This document shows positions 17,361 through 30,405 of a stretch of 64,000 nt of DNA, one piece after another (the first letter of the stretch is position 1; each line of letters opens with the position of its first letter). A model generated the notes under the pieces. The model searched no databases, had not been told where the DNA came from, and saw only the letters and a list, made by a program, of their open reading frames with translations. Source of the stretch: Gemmatimonadales bacterium (GTDB lineage Bacteria; Gemmatimonadota; Gemmatimonadetes; Gemmatimonadales; GWC2-71-9); the NCBI GenBank assembly GCA_965249575.1, contig OZ252244.1, positions 1,920,001-1,984,000 of the forward strand, given 5' to 3'. The position numbers and the translations under genes were made by a program.

Positions 17361-18387
17361 GTATCCGGCCTCCTTCGACCTCCACGCGATACGTCTTGAT
17401 CGGTGTGACCGGCGGCCCGCCGAGGGGTTTGCCCGATGCGAGCTCGAACTTGCCCTGGTGCCAGGGGCATGTGAGTACCAGTCCGTCACCGTCGACGACG
17501 CCTTCGCTCAATGACGCTCGGCCGTGGGTGCACCGGTCGCTCACGGCATAGAAGCGCCCACCGACGTTGAAGAGCGCTATGGCGTCGCTCCCGAGGTAGA
17601 TCCGCTTGCTGGACCCGGGAGGGACATCGTCGACGTCCGCTACGGGGTAGAGGCCATTGCCACGACCGGCGTCCGCGGCTGCCGGCTTCGGCAGTGCGGC
17701 GCCCCCAAGTGAGTCGAGGACCTCGTACAGAGACATTTGCACGCAGGTAAATGTCGGCGTGTCCTTGAGCGTGTACGACGACGCCTCGCTCTCCCGCAGC
17801 TCCATCACCAAGTCGAGGAACTCGCCCGGGTCGTCACCTTCGAACGCCACGATGAATTCCTGGTCGTCCAGGCCGAACGAATACGTCGTGTTGAGCCTGA
17901 TTGATGGGTACTTTCTCCCTATCCGCACGTGTTCGTTCATCATTTCCTGGCGGCGCTCCAGGGACGCGGAGTACCACTCCCGCTTCTTGATGAACGGGTA
18001 CACGAAGAAGTAGCGATTGTCCGCCGGTCGGGTGACAAGCTGGTCGTGCTTGCCCTTGTGGTCTGGGAACTTGTAAAGCGAGCGCTTGGTCATCGCGAGG
18101 TAGCTATAGGGGATCGTCAAATAGCCGCCGAGGCGTGTCGAGAAGAGCGCGGTCTGGATGTGCTGGAGTGTCTCGACGTCCTCAGTAGCCTGCCACAGGA
18201 GGAAGTCCGAGTCCCCCCGAGTCCCGGCGAGGCTGTACGTGCGGAGCAATAGCTTCGCGTGAAAACTCTTTACCGCATGTGCGAACTGTTCTTTGTGCTC
18301 GATCTGCTCCGCGGCCTCGAGTCGCCGCCACGCAGCATCGAGCTTGTAGAACACATACCGGACAACCTGGCGCTTTTCCTTACTCAT
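17350..18387 (-). CDS. Coproheme decarboxylase (ChdC/HemQ, chlorite dismutase fold) fused to a Rieske [2Fe-2S] ferredoxin
   Basis: VYPFIKKREWY, proximal EH and SFGLDDQEF; C-terminal CTH...CPWH Rieske ligands; located between hemD and hemE. Confidence 0.85.
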   Translation of the reverse strand: MSKEKRQVVRYVFYKLDAAWRRLEAAEQIEHKEQFAHAVKSFHAKLLLRTYSLAGTRGDSDFLLWQATEDVETLQHIQTALFSTRLGGYLTIPYSYLAMTKRSLYKFPDHKGKHDQLVTRPADNRYFFVYPFIKKREWYSASLERRQEMMNEHVRIGRKYPSIRLNTTYSFGLDDQEFIVAFEGDDPGEFLDLVMELRESEASSYTLKDTPTFTCVQMSLYEVLDSLGGAALPKPAAADAGRGNGLYPVADVDDVPPGSSKRIYLGSDAIALFNVGGRFYAVSDRCTHGRASLSEGVVDGDGLVLTCPWHQGKFELASGKPLGGPPVTPIKTYRVEVEGGRILVG

Positions 18388-19150
18388 GTCCTGCTGGTCC
18401 TTTAGTCAAATCGGCGAACGCTGCAACCAGCGCCGCCAGCAGTCCGTCTTCGGTGTACTCTTCGGCGACTTCTGTCACTTCGAGGCCGTACTCGCGGGCA
18501 GTCCGAGCCGTTATCGGTCCGATGCAGACGATCTTCGTTTTCGGCGGCGGTGGCCCTGCTTCCAGGAACCCTCGGACGGTGGACGAGCTGGTGAACGTGA
18601 CGGCGTCGACGCCCGACAGGTTCGGCCGCTCTGTGGCGAGCGAGCGCGTATGATACACGGGGATCTCGTCGACGGTACCCCCTCGTGCCCGCAACCCTTC
18701 GGCCAATGCCTGTCGTGCGATGTCCGCTCTCGGGAGCAAGAACTGCTGGCCTTCAACGTCTCCCAGCCCTGCGAGAATCGCCTCCGCCACGTACTTGCTC
18801 GGCACGAGGTCAGGCTCGATCCCGTACTTTCGGAGCGCGCTCGCCGTAGCCGGTCCAATTGCCGCGATCCGCGGTCCCTCGATCCCGGGTGTTCTCTGCA
18901 AAACCGCGTCAACCCCGTGCTTGCTGGTGAAAATGACCCAATCATACTCGGGGAGGCGGGCGAGGGCGGCTTCGAGCGGCGCTGAATCGGCCGGCTCGAT
19001 TCGAATGGCCGGAATGACCACGGGCTCGGCTCCGAGAGCTTCGAGCCGGGCGGCGAGGCGGCCCGCATCGGGCTCGGGACGCGTGATGACGATCCGGCGG
19101 CCGGCCAGGGGATGTCTGGGGTTGGGGTGGGCTACAGCAGCGTGCTTCAT
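18380..19150 (-). CDS. hemD: Uroporphyrinogen-III synthase
   Basis: IVITRP, WVIFTS.HGV, AIGP.TA, FTSSSTV and CIGP.TA. Confidence 0.93.
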   Translation of the reverse strand: MKHAAVAHPNPRHPLAGRRIVITRPEPDAGRLAARLEALGAEPVVIPAIRIEPADSAPLEAALARLPEYDWVIFTSKHGVDAVLQRTPGIEGPRIAAIGPATASALRKYGIEPDLVPSKYVAEAILAGLGDVEGQQFLLPRADIARQALAEGLRARGGTVDEIPVYHTRSLATERPNLSGVDAVTFTSSSTVRGFLEAGPPPPKTKIVCIGPITARTAREYGLEVTEVAEEYTEDGLLAALVAAFADLTKGPAGHE

Positions 19151-19158
19151 GGACTAAA

Positions 19159-19335
19159 GGTGTAGGGGGTAGGGGGTAGGGGGTAGGGGTTGGGGAGTAG
19201 GGAGTGGAGACTTCCGATTGACGCGCGACAGCTCAGTGGTCGCCGGGCTCGCCGATGCACTACCCCCTACCCCCTACCCCCTACCCCTACGCCCTACCCT
19301 TCACTCCCTACTCCCCAATCCCTACTCCCTATCTC
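19159..19335. repeat. Inverted pair of 7-bp tandem arrays (GGGGTAG)n ... (CTACCCC)n
   Basis: About 7 G-rich heptamers at 19159-19207, a 52-bp spacer, then about 11 C-rich heptamers at 19260-19335. Confidence 0.9.
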
Positions 19336-19753
19336 TCAGTTCTTCCGCGTCCGGATACCGCTCCTTCACCACAGCGATGATCTGCCGAGCACGCTCCGGG
19401 TCCTTCTTGACCGTCTCGTAGATCTCCGCGAGCCGGAGCGCCGAGTTGATGTCCACCTGCCGGGATGCCCCCCGCCTTACATGGCTTTCTAGGAGTCTGA
19501 TGGTGTCGTCCATGGTGGGTCGGGTCTGGGGTGGAGGTTCGCCAACCGCACCCTCCATGAGAAGGCGGCGCGCGAAATCCTCGATTGGGGAGAACACGTA
19601 TTCCAGCACGAGGTCCCATGCCCACCAACAGACTCCGAAGGCACCCGATGCCGCGAACAGGCGGGGATCGCCGCTCGCGAACCCGAGCACGCCGAACGCG
19701 ACGGTCGCCACCGCGAACATCGACCGAATCACGGTGCTAATGGAGACGGACAT
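19322..19753 (-). CDS. Hypothetical membrane protein (2 TM + TPR-like helix)
   Basis: Two N-terminal hydrophobic helices and C-terminal ALRLAEIY...YPD. Confidence 0.65.
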   Translation of the reverse strand: MSVSISTVIRSMFAVATVAFGVLGFASGDPRLFAASGAFGVCWWAWDLVLEYVFSPIEDFARRLLMEGAVGEPPPQTRPTMDDTIRLLESHVRRGASRQVDINSALRLAEIYETVKKDPERARQIIAVVKERYPDAEELRDRE

Positions 19754-19772
19754 GGCGTTAAAGAAAGGGTGG

Positions 19773-22424
19773 TTAGAAGGTCGCCGTGACCCCTCCCAAG
19801 AATCTCCGCCCAATCACTGAGCCACCGTAGAGCTGGAACCGCTCCTGGTCGAATACGTTCGTCGCGACGGCATGGATACGGACGTTGTTGTTGATCTGGT
19901 AGCCCGCGTTGACGTTGAAGATCTGGGTCGCCGTTATGTAGCCGCTGAACACGCCGGCGGCCCAGGAATACCCATCCACCAGTCGTGCTGTCACACCAAA
20001 ATCGACTCCCTGGAAGCCGCTGTAGCTGAGCGAGATGTTCCCTTTGTGCTTGGGCGTGTTGGGAAGCAGCATGTCGCCGACCTGCTGGCTCTTCACGTCA
20101 AAGTCGAAGAATGTGTAGGAGCCGTCTAACTTCCACTCGTCGGTAAGCAAGAAGCCCATCCCCAGCTCTACGCCACCTTCCGTGACCTCACCCGCGTTGG
20201 TATAGGAGACGACGATTGCGCGTGAGCCGTCGGGGAGCGTCGCCACCGGCTGGCCGCTGGCGGTGAGCCCATCTGCAAGCTGCTTGTAGCCGGCCTGGAG
20301 GATCGGGATGTTCGCGCGGAGCGGGTGGCCGGATGGGAGCATGGCCGCGGCCAGCGCTGCATCGAGCTGTGAAAGGTTCGTCGGGATATCGATACCCCCG
20401 TCGGTCAGCAGGTAACGGGGGTAGTCCGGGTTCACACCGGGCAGCAGGTCGGTGATGAAGTTGTCCAGGGTGTTGATGTACAGGTCGACGCTAGCGTATA
20501 CGCGCGGGGTGAGGTTCCCCTTGTAGCCGAGCTCCCATCCCGTCAGTTTCTCGACGTCTAACGCATCGTTCCCGAGCGCCAACACGGGCGTCATAGCCGA
20601 GAAATCCCAGGGAATGTCGTTCGGGAGATTCAGGCCGGCGAGCAGGGGGCCAAGCGGAGAACCGTTCGCGCTCCGGAACAGCGATTCGAGCCCCGCCTCG
20701 AGCGTCGCCTGGCGAGCGTCGGGAGCGCCAGCCGCCGCACGGAGGAAGAACTCCGAGTAGTTTGCCGACTGGAACGCGCGATTGAACGTGAAGCGGATCG
20801 AGTGGTTCTCGTTCGGGCTGAACACCAAGCCTGCCTTAGGCGAGAATTGTGCGCTGAACAGATCGCCGTTGTCGTAGCGGGCGGCCGCTACCGCCTTGAA
20901 CATCGGCGAGAACCTGTACTCGACTTGGCCGTAGGCCGAGTAGTACTTGTCGTTGCGGTCGTCGTTGATCGCGTCCATCAGGGTCGCCTTGGTGTTAACC
21001 CCGTAGTTCCGGAACGACGCGCCGAGGACGACACGGCCGCGATCCTCTGCGAACGGTTGGTTTACCTGTCCCTCGACGTGGATGATGTTCGACACGTCGC
21101 TGATCGGTTGGCCGGAGGACAGGGAGATCTGGCCGCCGCCGGATCCGGTCCGCTCGCCGCTGCGGCCCGAGTACCAGGCCATGACGTTGAACCGTTCGGC
21201 TGACCAGGCGAGCCGAGCCCACGGACGGAAGGCCTCGACGACCTGGACCCTGCCGATCCCGGTCACGAAGATCTCGTTGTGGACTCGTGTGAGGCCGCCT
21301 TCTGCCGTGCCGATCGAGCCATCCCCAGCGTAGTAGTCGAAGCGGGCCGAGCCGTAAATGCTCTCTAGATCGTCACGCTCGCCCGTGGCACGCCCGGTGG
21401 TGGGATCGACGCTTTGGCCGTTCAACGGTATCGGCTCGATGTTAGGCAGGACGAGGAAGTCGGTGGTGCCGGCGTACTCGCGTCGCAGATCGAGGGAATC
21501 GAAGGCCGTGCGCGAGCGCGACCAGGTGTCGCTCCGCGTGTAACCGAAGTTGACGCGATACCCGAACTGCCCGTACGCGGCCACGCCGGCGTGCCGGATG
21601 TCTCCACGGAACGTGCTCAGCTCGCCGCCCGCCAGGCTGATTTTCGTTCCCACGATCTCCCTGGCAGTTGGCGTCGTGATGTTGACCACGCCACTGAATG
21701 CGTTGGCTCCGTAAAGAGCCGAACCCGGCCCACGCACCATTTCGATCCGCCCCATGTCTTCGAGCGGGGTCGAGAGGCCGTTCCACTCCTGGTTTCCGAG
21801 GAGCGCGATCGCGAGGTCTCGCCCGTCGAGAAGGACCAGGACTCGCCGGTTGAGGGACGAGTTGAAGCCTCGTGCGTTGAGGTTGATGTCGTTGACCCCA
21901 CTTTGGACGACATCGACGCCAGGGACGGAGGCGAGTGCCAACGGCGCCTGCGCCGTCATCGACAGCGCCTGGACGTCGCGGGTATCGATCATGGTCACGG
22001 CGGCCGGAGCCTCGACCACCCGTTCGGGCGCGCGGGAAGCCGCCTGCACCACGATCTCACCGAGCGAGATCGGCTGGGATTCCAGGGCTACGTCGACGGT
22101 CTGGGTGGTCCCTGCAGTCACGGTCACCGGAACTTCGCGTGGCTTGTATCCCAGCCACCGCACGAAGATCGCGTGTTGTCCGACCGGCACGCGCTGCAAC
22201 GCGTATCTGCCGTCGGTTCCGGTCGCGGCTTCGATGCCGGTTCCAACGACCCGAACGAGGGCACCCGCCAGCGCCGCGCCGTCGACGGCGCGTGTGACGT
22301 TCCCCTCGATCTGGCCGGTCTGGAGTTGTGCCACGGCGGGTCGGCCGAAGCAGATCGTCGCGGTCAAGCAAAACGCCAGCCCAGTCCCCAGTCGCGACCG
22401 AAAGGGTGTGGAACGCTCGAGCAT
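19773..22424 (-). CDS. TonB-dependent outer membrane receptor
   Basis: Signal peptide, carboxypeptidase-regulatory-like N domain, plug motif IEMVRGPGSALYGANAFSGVVNI and terminal Phe. Confidence 0.93.
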   Translation of the reverse strand: MLERSTPFRSRLGTGLAFCLTATICFGRPAVAQLQTGQIEGNVTRAVDGAALAGALVRVVGTGIEAATGTDGRYALQRVPVGQHAIFVRWLGYKPREVPVTVTAGTTQTVDVALESQPISLGEIVVQAASRAPERVVEAPAAVTMIDTRDVQALSMTAQAPLALASVPGVDVVQSGVNDINLNARGFNSSLNRRVLVLLDGRDLAIALLGNQEWNGLSTPLEDMGRIEMVRGPGSALYGANAFSGVVNITTPTAREIVGTKISLAGGELSTFRGDIRHAGVAAYGQFGYRVNFGYTRSDTWSRSRTAFDSLDLRREYAGTTDFLVLPNIEPIPLNGQSVDPTTGRATGERDDLESIYGSARFDYYAGDGSIGTAEGGLTRVHNEIFVTGIGRVQVVEAFRPWARLAWSAERFNVMAWYSGRSGERTGSGGGQISLSSGQPISDVSNIIHVEGQVNQPFAEDRGRVVLGASFRNYGVNTKATLMDAINDDRNDKYYSAYGQVEYRFSPMFKAVAAARYDNGDLFSAQFSPKAGLVFSPNENHSIRFTFNRAFQSANYSEFFLRAAAGAPDARQATLEAGLESLFRSANGSPLGPLLAGLNLPNDIPWDFSAMTPVLALGNDALDVEKLTGWELGYKGNLTPRVYASVDLYINTLDNFITDLLPGVNPDYPRYLLTDGGIDIPTNLSQLDAALAAAMLPSGHPLRANIPILQAGYKQLADGLTASGQPVATLPDGSRAIVVSYTNAGEVTEGGVELGMGFLLTDEWKLDGSYTFFDFDVKSQQVGDMLLPNTPKHKGNISLSYSGFQGVDFGVTARLVDGYSWAAGVFSGYITATQIFNVNAGYQINNNVRIHAVATNVFDQERFQLYGGSVIGRRFLGGVTATF

Positions 22425-22502
22425 GGTTGGATCCCTCGCTAGGGTCGATGATCGGTCAGGCCGCGCGGGGCGGCACCGCCAAGAATGCATCGTATCAAGG
22501 AT

Positions 22503-22530
22503 TTGCGGGAGGGGGGTGCCCCCTTATAAT
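22503..22530 (+). promoter_or_regulatory. Sigma70-type promoter for tRNA-Phe
   Basis: TTGCGG-N16-TATAAT about 78 nt upstream of the tRNA. Confidence 0.6.
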
Positions 22531-22608
22531 TCACGGCCTTCGGCTCAACGAATTGTCTAATGCGGTCGGCCGAGGGACAACCGGCCTGCGGGCGGAGCCG
22601 CTTTTTGA

Positions 22609-22681
<73 letters not shown>

Positions 22682-22743
22682 CTGGAGTCGTCGTGGAGCC
22701 CCCGCCACATTTGGGTAGGGGGATGGCGCTAGCGGATGGATGA

Positions 22744-23133
22744 GTGGATGGCGTCCCGCGAAGCCGGACGACAGCACTCGAGCGCCTCCAACGCCAGTCC
22801 GGACTCCCCTCTCGATCGGTAGAGATCTTGAATAGTCGAGTTCGACAACCGCCGCACCGCGCCTACCCACCCAGCTCAGCACGACTGGCGCCGTCCGGGG
22901 TCGCCACGTACCCGGAGCGCGGCGAGCTGCCCCAGAGCGCCGAGCCCACCGTCGTGTTCTCGGGCATCATGGCCTACGATCCCAATATTCAAATGGCCAA
23001 GTGCGTTACCCGTCTGTTTCGGGACGACCAAGAACGCAAGCGCCTGGGTCGGATCGGCTACGAGGCGGCCCGCGCGATGAATTGGGATCGAACGGCCGCG
23101 CAACTCTCGAGGCTGCTCCGGGCTGCGGATTGA
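22744..23133 (+). pseudogene. GT4 glycosyltransferase remnant
   Basis: PTVVFSG.M.Y.PN is joined directly to the C-terminal RL..D...R.RLG..G...A....W; the intervening Ex7E region is absent. Confidence 0.55.
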
Positions 23134-23322
23134 CCTGCTCGAATCTCCCGAGTCGAACCTGTACTTGGTACGACGACCGCTTGACCCGGAGCTTCACGCC
23201 GGTTTGCCGGAATCGGACACGTACTGCTGAGGGGCTTGCTCGCATGGCCAGCGGGCTGCGCCAGAGGGGACGGGACAGCGCCGAGCAATTTCGCCGAGTC
23301 CTACACGCCACCGCTTGACTCC

Positions 23323-24203
23323 CTACCCGCTCTTCCGCACCGCCCGCCCCACGATGATCGTGATGTTGTCGGTGCCGCCGTCGTCCAGCGCGTCCTGCAG
23401 TAGGTCCTCGCACACCTGCTTCGCCAATGTCATCGCGCCCAGCCGTTCCTTGATGCGATCGTCCGACACGTGCTTGGTGAGGCCGTCGCTGCAGAGCAGG
23501 TGGACGTTTCGCCAGTCGGATTGTATGCGCGTCACGACGGGAGCGGTCTGCGGCCCCCCGATCGAGCTCGAGAGCGTGTGCGCCCACCGAGTCCGGAATG
23601 CTTCGGTCCGCGTAAACACCCCTTGTTCGACCAGCTCCTCGGCCATGGTCTGGTCCCGCGTGACCTGGTTCAGCTCCCCCTCACGGTACACGTAGTACCG
23701 CGAGTCGCCGACTTGCACGAGGTACACCCAACCCCAAACGCCTATCCAAAGCGTCAGCGTGGTGGCCATCCCGCGGTATTCGGAATCCGCCTCGGCGCGC
23801 TCGACGATGGCCGAGTGGCACTGCATGGCCGCCTCCTGCAGCGCATCGATGAAGCTGTCCTTGTCGGCGTCGGCGCTGTAGTAACACCGCATGCTCGATG
23901 CCACGTATTGGGACACCTGCTGGAGCGCGAGCCGGCTGGCTCCTCGCCCTTCTTGCTGCCCCCGACCCCGTCCGCGACCATTGCCAGTGAGGCGAGACGC
24001 TCGTCCCCCAGGGGAAGCTGATCCAGATCGGGGAGGCTGGTCATGTAGACGTCCATTCGCTTGCGGAGCGAACAGAGGAGAAAATGGTCCTGATTGGTCT
24101 TTCGCACCTTGCCTGGGTGGGTGAGGCCATGGACGTCGATCTGATCGTCGAGTGGTCTCGGGGTAGGCGTGGGGCGGCTGGTTGTGGTCTCGAGCGATGG
24201 CAT
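23323..24203 (-). CDS. PP2C-family Ser/Thr protein phosphatase, frameshifted near 23941
   Basis: THPGKVR.TNQD, VADGVGG, GMATT, VGDSR, LCSDGL and GG.DNIT split over two frames. Confidence 0.88.
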
Positions 24204-24318
24204 GGCTGGCTTCCTGGTCAGGCACTCTCAAAACGATACGGTCGCGGGGCCAGGCCCGATAGATCGCCACTCTCAAAGCACGCAGAACAGGCGCCCCTCC
24301 CCCCGTGGGCACGATGTC

Positions 24319-24627
24319 TCAACCGGTGAGAAACCGATGCGCCCCGATGGTATGTAGCTCGACGGCCACCGGGGGTTCGTCGCATCGATCTTTGATCTCT
24401 GCCTGGAACGCCTTGAACGCGGCAGTCTCGGAGAGCGGATTGCGGCCGTCTGAGGTTTCGATGGACGCGATATGCACGAAGCTCAGGCCATCGTCGAGCT
24501 TGAACGATGCATATCGCAAGTCCTCGGGACTCTGCTCCGCCAACTCCGCAAACACCTTGCGAATGAGAGCCTCGTTTTCGTCGCCTCGGCCAGGCTTGAT
24601 CTTGTAGCGGACCATGACTCGCTTCAT
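24319..24627 (-). CDS. Small ABM-like (dimeric alpha-beta barrel) hypothetical protein
   Basis: MKRVMVRYKIKP...ENE.LI..VF.EL...SFVH...AF.AF pattern. Confidence 0.65.
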   Translation of the reverse strand: MKRVMVRYKIKPGRGDENEALIRKVFAELAEQSPEDLRYASFKLDDGLSFVHIASIETSDGRNPLSETAAFKAFQAEIKDRCDEPPVAVELHTIGAHRFLTG

Positions 24628-24666
24628 GGGAGTGACCCTTCCATTCGTTGGGACCCGCGAGTGACC

Positions 24667-24700
24667 CAAATCGCCACTCGCCACTCGCAAATCGCCCATC

Positions 24701-24708
<8 letters not shown>
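24667..24708. repeat. Heptamer tandem array (CAAATCG/CCACTCG)
   Basis: CAAATCG CCACTCG CCACTCG CAAATCG CCCATCT CAATTCA at the kinase 3' end. Confidence 0.7.
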
Positions 24709-27619
<2,911 letters not shown>

Positions 27620-27693
27620 GGTATCGGCCTCGGCGGTGACGTTACAACGATACGGCTCGGATCATCACGCGGCCAGACGGCGGGACTCGGTGG

Positions 27694-27907
27694 GGGAGTC
27701 GTGAGTGGTGAGAGGTAGTAGTGAGATGTGAGAAGTGAGTGGTGAGTGGGGGGCAGCAATGTTGCTTTAGCGACAGACTAGCCGAGCCGCGACTTCAGTC
27801 GCGAGAACATTGAGGTCAGGCCCGATAGAGCGGCGATTGGCGATTCCCGATTGGTCCGCCCGCAACCCATTCGCACTCGCCAATCGCCACTCTCAAATTG
27901 CCACTCC
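27694..27907. repeat. Heptamer arrays (GTGAGWG)n and inverted (GGCGATT)n/(CCAMTCG)n
   Basis: GTGAGTG/GTGAGAG/GTGAGAT/GTGAGAA units at 27701-27748; GGCGATT x2 at 27832; CCATTCG..CCAATCG CCACTCT CAAATTG at 27877-27907. Confidence 0.75.
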
Positions 27908-28783
27908 AGTCGTCGCCGGTCGCCGGTTCACCATGGCGATGCTGATTCCGACGAGGGCTAGACCCACGAAGACACGTAGTCCCAGTGTCTCGCCCAGTGC
28001 CAACGCTCCGAGGAACACGTCTACGACCGTCTCGAAGATCACCCCCATGCTGACGAACGTCGCGTCGAGGCGTTTGAGGACCCAGAAGAGTCCGAGATAG
28101 CACCCGACGGTGACCACCAGTGCGAGATAAACGACGCTGAGCGCGGCCGTCGGGGTGACGCGCACGTCCATACCATACTCGAGAGCGAGTGCCAGGATCG
28201 AGAGAAACGCCGCGCCTGACGATACCTGGAGGGCTGTGAGCCAAATAGTCGAGGTATTGCGGCCGTGGCGCCTAACCATCACCGCGCCGAACGAGGCCGA
28301 AAGGGCGGCGATGAGAACCGCGGCAACCGGTGCTACTGCCGGCGCCCCGACCGCGCCGCTGGATCCTACGACCGTGACGACTGCAGCCACGGCCAGCAAA
28401 GTCCCGCCCAGCTTCGTCGCGGTCAACGGCTCTTCCTTTAAGAGGAAATGCGCCACGATCGCCGTGGAGACCGGAAACGTCGCAAACAGCATCGCGGTGA
28501 GGCCAGAAGTGATGGTCTGTTGCGCCCAAAAGATCAGCGCGTAGGGCACCCCGAGCTGCGGGACGCCGACCATGAGCCAGAAACGCACCTCTCTCCAATG
28601 GGGCCTACGATTCGCCTGGAACCAGCGCGCCGCCAACAGGAGAACGCCGGCGGCGAGAACCGTGCGAGCGGCTGCAAATGTGAGGGGCGGGAGGTCTCGC
28701 AGCCCCACCCGGATGACGGCCCACGTCGTACCCCAGACGAGACCGATAGTGAGCCATACGATGTAAGGGAGAGCGCGAGACAA
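27893..28783 (-). CDS. EamA/DMT family transporter
   Basis: WGTTW, PPLTFAAAR, two 5-TM repeats and LGE. Confidence 0.9.
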   Translation of the reverse strand: MSRALPYIVWLTIGLVWGTTWAVIRVGLRDLPPLTFAAARTVLAAGVLLLAARWFQANRRPHWREVRFWLMVGVPQLGVPYALIFWAQQTITSGLTAMLFATFPVSTAIVAHFLLKEEPLTATKLGGTLLAVAAVVTVVGSSGAVGAPAVAPVAAVLIAALSASFGAVMVRRHGRNTSTIWLTALQVSSGAAFLSILALALEYGMDVRVTPTAALSVVYLALVVTVGCYLGLFWVLKRLDATFVSMGVIFETVVDVFLGALALGETLGLRVFVGLALVGISIAMVNRRPATTGVAI

Positions 28784-28873
28784 CTATCTATCGGTTCTCG
28801 TTGAGTAACTGGTGGCCGCGAGCGAGCACGGGAATCAAAGGGGGGAGGGGCGCGTCGGCAAGGATGGAGAGCA

Positions 28874-28963
28874 GTGAGAGGTGAGAGTGAGAAGCGCTAT
28901 GCCGTAAGGGTGCCGGACAGGTGCCGGGCCCCATCGAGGGACCTCTCACCTCTCACCTCTCAC
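28874..28963. repeat. Inverted heptamer arrays (GTGAGAG)n ... (CTCTCAC)3
   Basis: GTGAGAG GTGAGA GTGAGAA at 28874-28893; three exact CTCTCAC at 28943-28963. Confidence 0.8.
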
Positions 28964-28972
28964 ATTTGTATT

Positions 28973-29359
28973 TCATCGAGGGAGCTTCTTCCCCGTGACG
29001 GTTCCGTTGCCCCGGCTGCCCGAGAAGGTGCCCGCGAAGCTGCCGCCTTCGAAGGTGACCGATGTGATTATTTCCCCGCCGTCTTCGGTATCGATGGTCA
29101 TCTCCACCACGTTGCCCTCGATAGCAAACCGTGTGATCGGCACGGGACTCTCACCGTCCGCGGCCATGGTTCCTTCATAGTCACCCGGCGCTCCCGTTAT
29201 CTTCATTCGGCCCTCGATTGTGCGGTCGGGCTGAACCGCCTCGAAGTCGTACAGGCCTGCCAGGTCGAGAGCGGCTTCTCCCTCCGTGGCGCTTTGTGCC
29301 AGGGCGCTTCCGGTCGCGCCTACGCCAAGTGCAAGAATCAATGCTAGGGTGCGTGACAT
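28973..29359 (-). CDS. Small exported beta-rich hypothetical protein
   Basis: Signal peptide ending ALA-Q; GGAGG RBS; L.G.Y...G....G.K pattern. Confidence 0.7.
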   Translation of the reverse strand: MSRTLALILALGVGATGSALAQSATEGEAALDLAGLYDFEAVQPDRTIEGRMKITGAPGDYEGTMAADGESPVPITRFAIEGNVVEMTIDTEDGGEIITSVTFEGGSFAGTFSGSRGNGTVTGKKLPR

Positions 29360-29441
29360 TTGGCCTCCCGGTCGAGATTGAGCTAACCACCGTACGGGTG
29401 AAGCCCCCCAAGGGTTTCGGGGCGGACGTCACGGGAGAGGC

Positions 29442-30323
29442 CTAGGGTAGCTCTTGCAGAAACTCTTCCAGCACGCGATTGAAGCGCTTGGGGTCGTCGA
29501 CAAATAGGGCGTGCCCGGCTTGCTCGAAGATCTCGACCTTCGCTTCGGGAGCCCGCTCGCGAATCTGGCGTGCGACTTCACGCGTAGCCGCAGTTCCCAC
29601 GAACAACAGTGGACGGTCCACGAGGCTCAAAGCCGGCCGCCAGTCGGCGTCGCCCAACGAAAACGTGCTCGCCATCAGCGTGTAGGCGGTGGGAGTCAGC
29701 GTGGCGAGTGACGCCCGGGTGATTCGTTCGAGGTAGTGCTCCGCCTGTGGCGTCCGATACATGCTGCGCACGAACTCCTCGGTGGAGTTCCGGCGGTCGC
29801 GAAGCAAGTCCACGAGCATTGTGTCCACGAATGCCGAGGCCCAGGCGTCGATGGACACCAGGCCGTCGACGAGCACGATGCCCGCGAGCCTATCGGTGCC
29901 ATGGTGTTCGATCAGGTGGAGGATCTCGGGCACGGCCAGGGACCACCCGACAAGCACGGCGTGGCCATCGCTCACATGCTGTAGGAGTTCTTCGATGTCC
30001 TGTACTCGTCGATCGATGAAGTTGCCCTCCGCGGTTATCTCTGACCTTCCCTGTGACCGTGGGTCGAGGGCGACGACGCGGTGGGATCGAACGAAGTGGC
30101 GGAGCTGGTGCTCCCAAATGTCGGCCGGCATCGTCCAGCCAGGTACGAAAACGAGCGCGCGGCCCGACCCACCGCTCAGGTAGTGCAGCCGAACGTCATC
30201 ACTCGTTGTGAACCAGCCGCTCGCGACCCCAGGGATGCTCCCATCTTGGGAGCGCGCCGGTTGCGCTGCGGCGAGGAGGGCTAAGAACGACACTGCGGGC
30301 CGGGCGGCTAATCTGCGTGACAT
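29442..30323 (-). CDS. Exported alpha/beta hydrolase (non-heme haloperoxidase-like)
   Basis: FVPGW, DPRSQGRS, GWSLA nucleophile elbow and AGHALF. Confidence 0.85.
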   Translation of the reverse strand: MSRRLAARPAVSFLALLAAAQPARSQDGSIPGVASGWFTTSDDVRLHYLSGGSGRALVFVPGWTMPADIWEHQLRHFVRSHRVVALDPRSQGRSEITAEGNFIDRRVQDIEELLQHVSDGHAVLVGWSLAVPEILHLIEHHGTDRLAGIVLVDGLVSIDAWASAFVDTMLVDLLRDRRNSTEEFVRSMYRTPQAEHYLERITRASLATLTPTAYTLMASTFSLGDADWRPALSLVDRPLLFVGTAATREVARQIRERAPEAKVEIFEQAGHALFVDDPKRFNRVLEEFLQELP

Positions 30324-30405
30324 GGACCTATCTCCCGGGCGTTGATGGTGGGAGCGGCCTCCTTACGCATCACCCGGAGGCGCGGGGTGTGGGGCCTCCT
30401 CACTG

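Noticed and set aside
17350..18387. Functional chlorite dismutase
   Set aside because: Leu occupies the catalytic distal Arg position, and the heme-operon context points to ChdC
19159..19335. CRISPR array
   Set aside because: Units are 7-bp tandem repeats with no unique spacers, and there are no cas genes in the window
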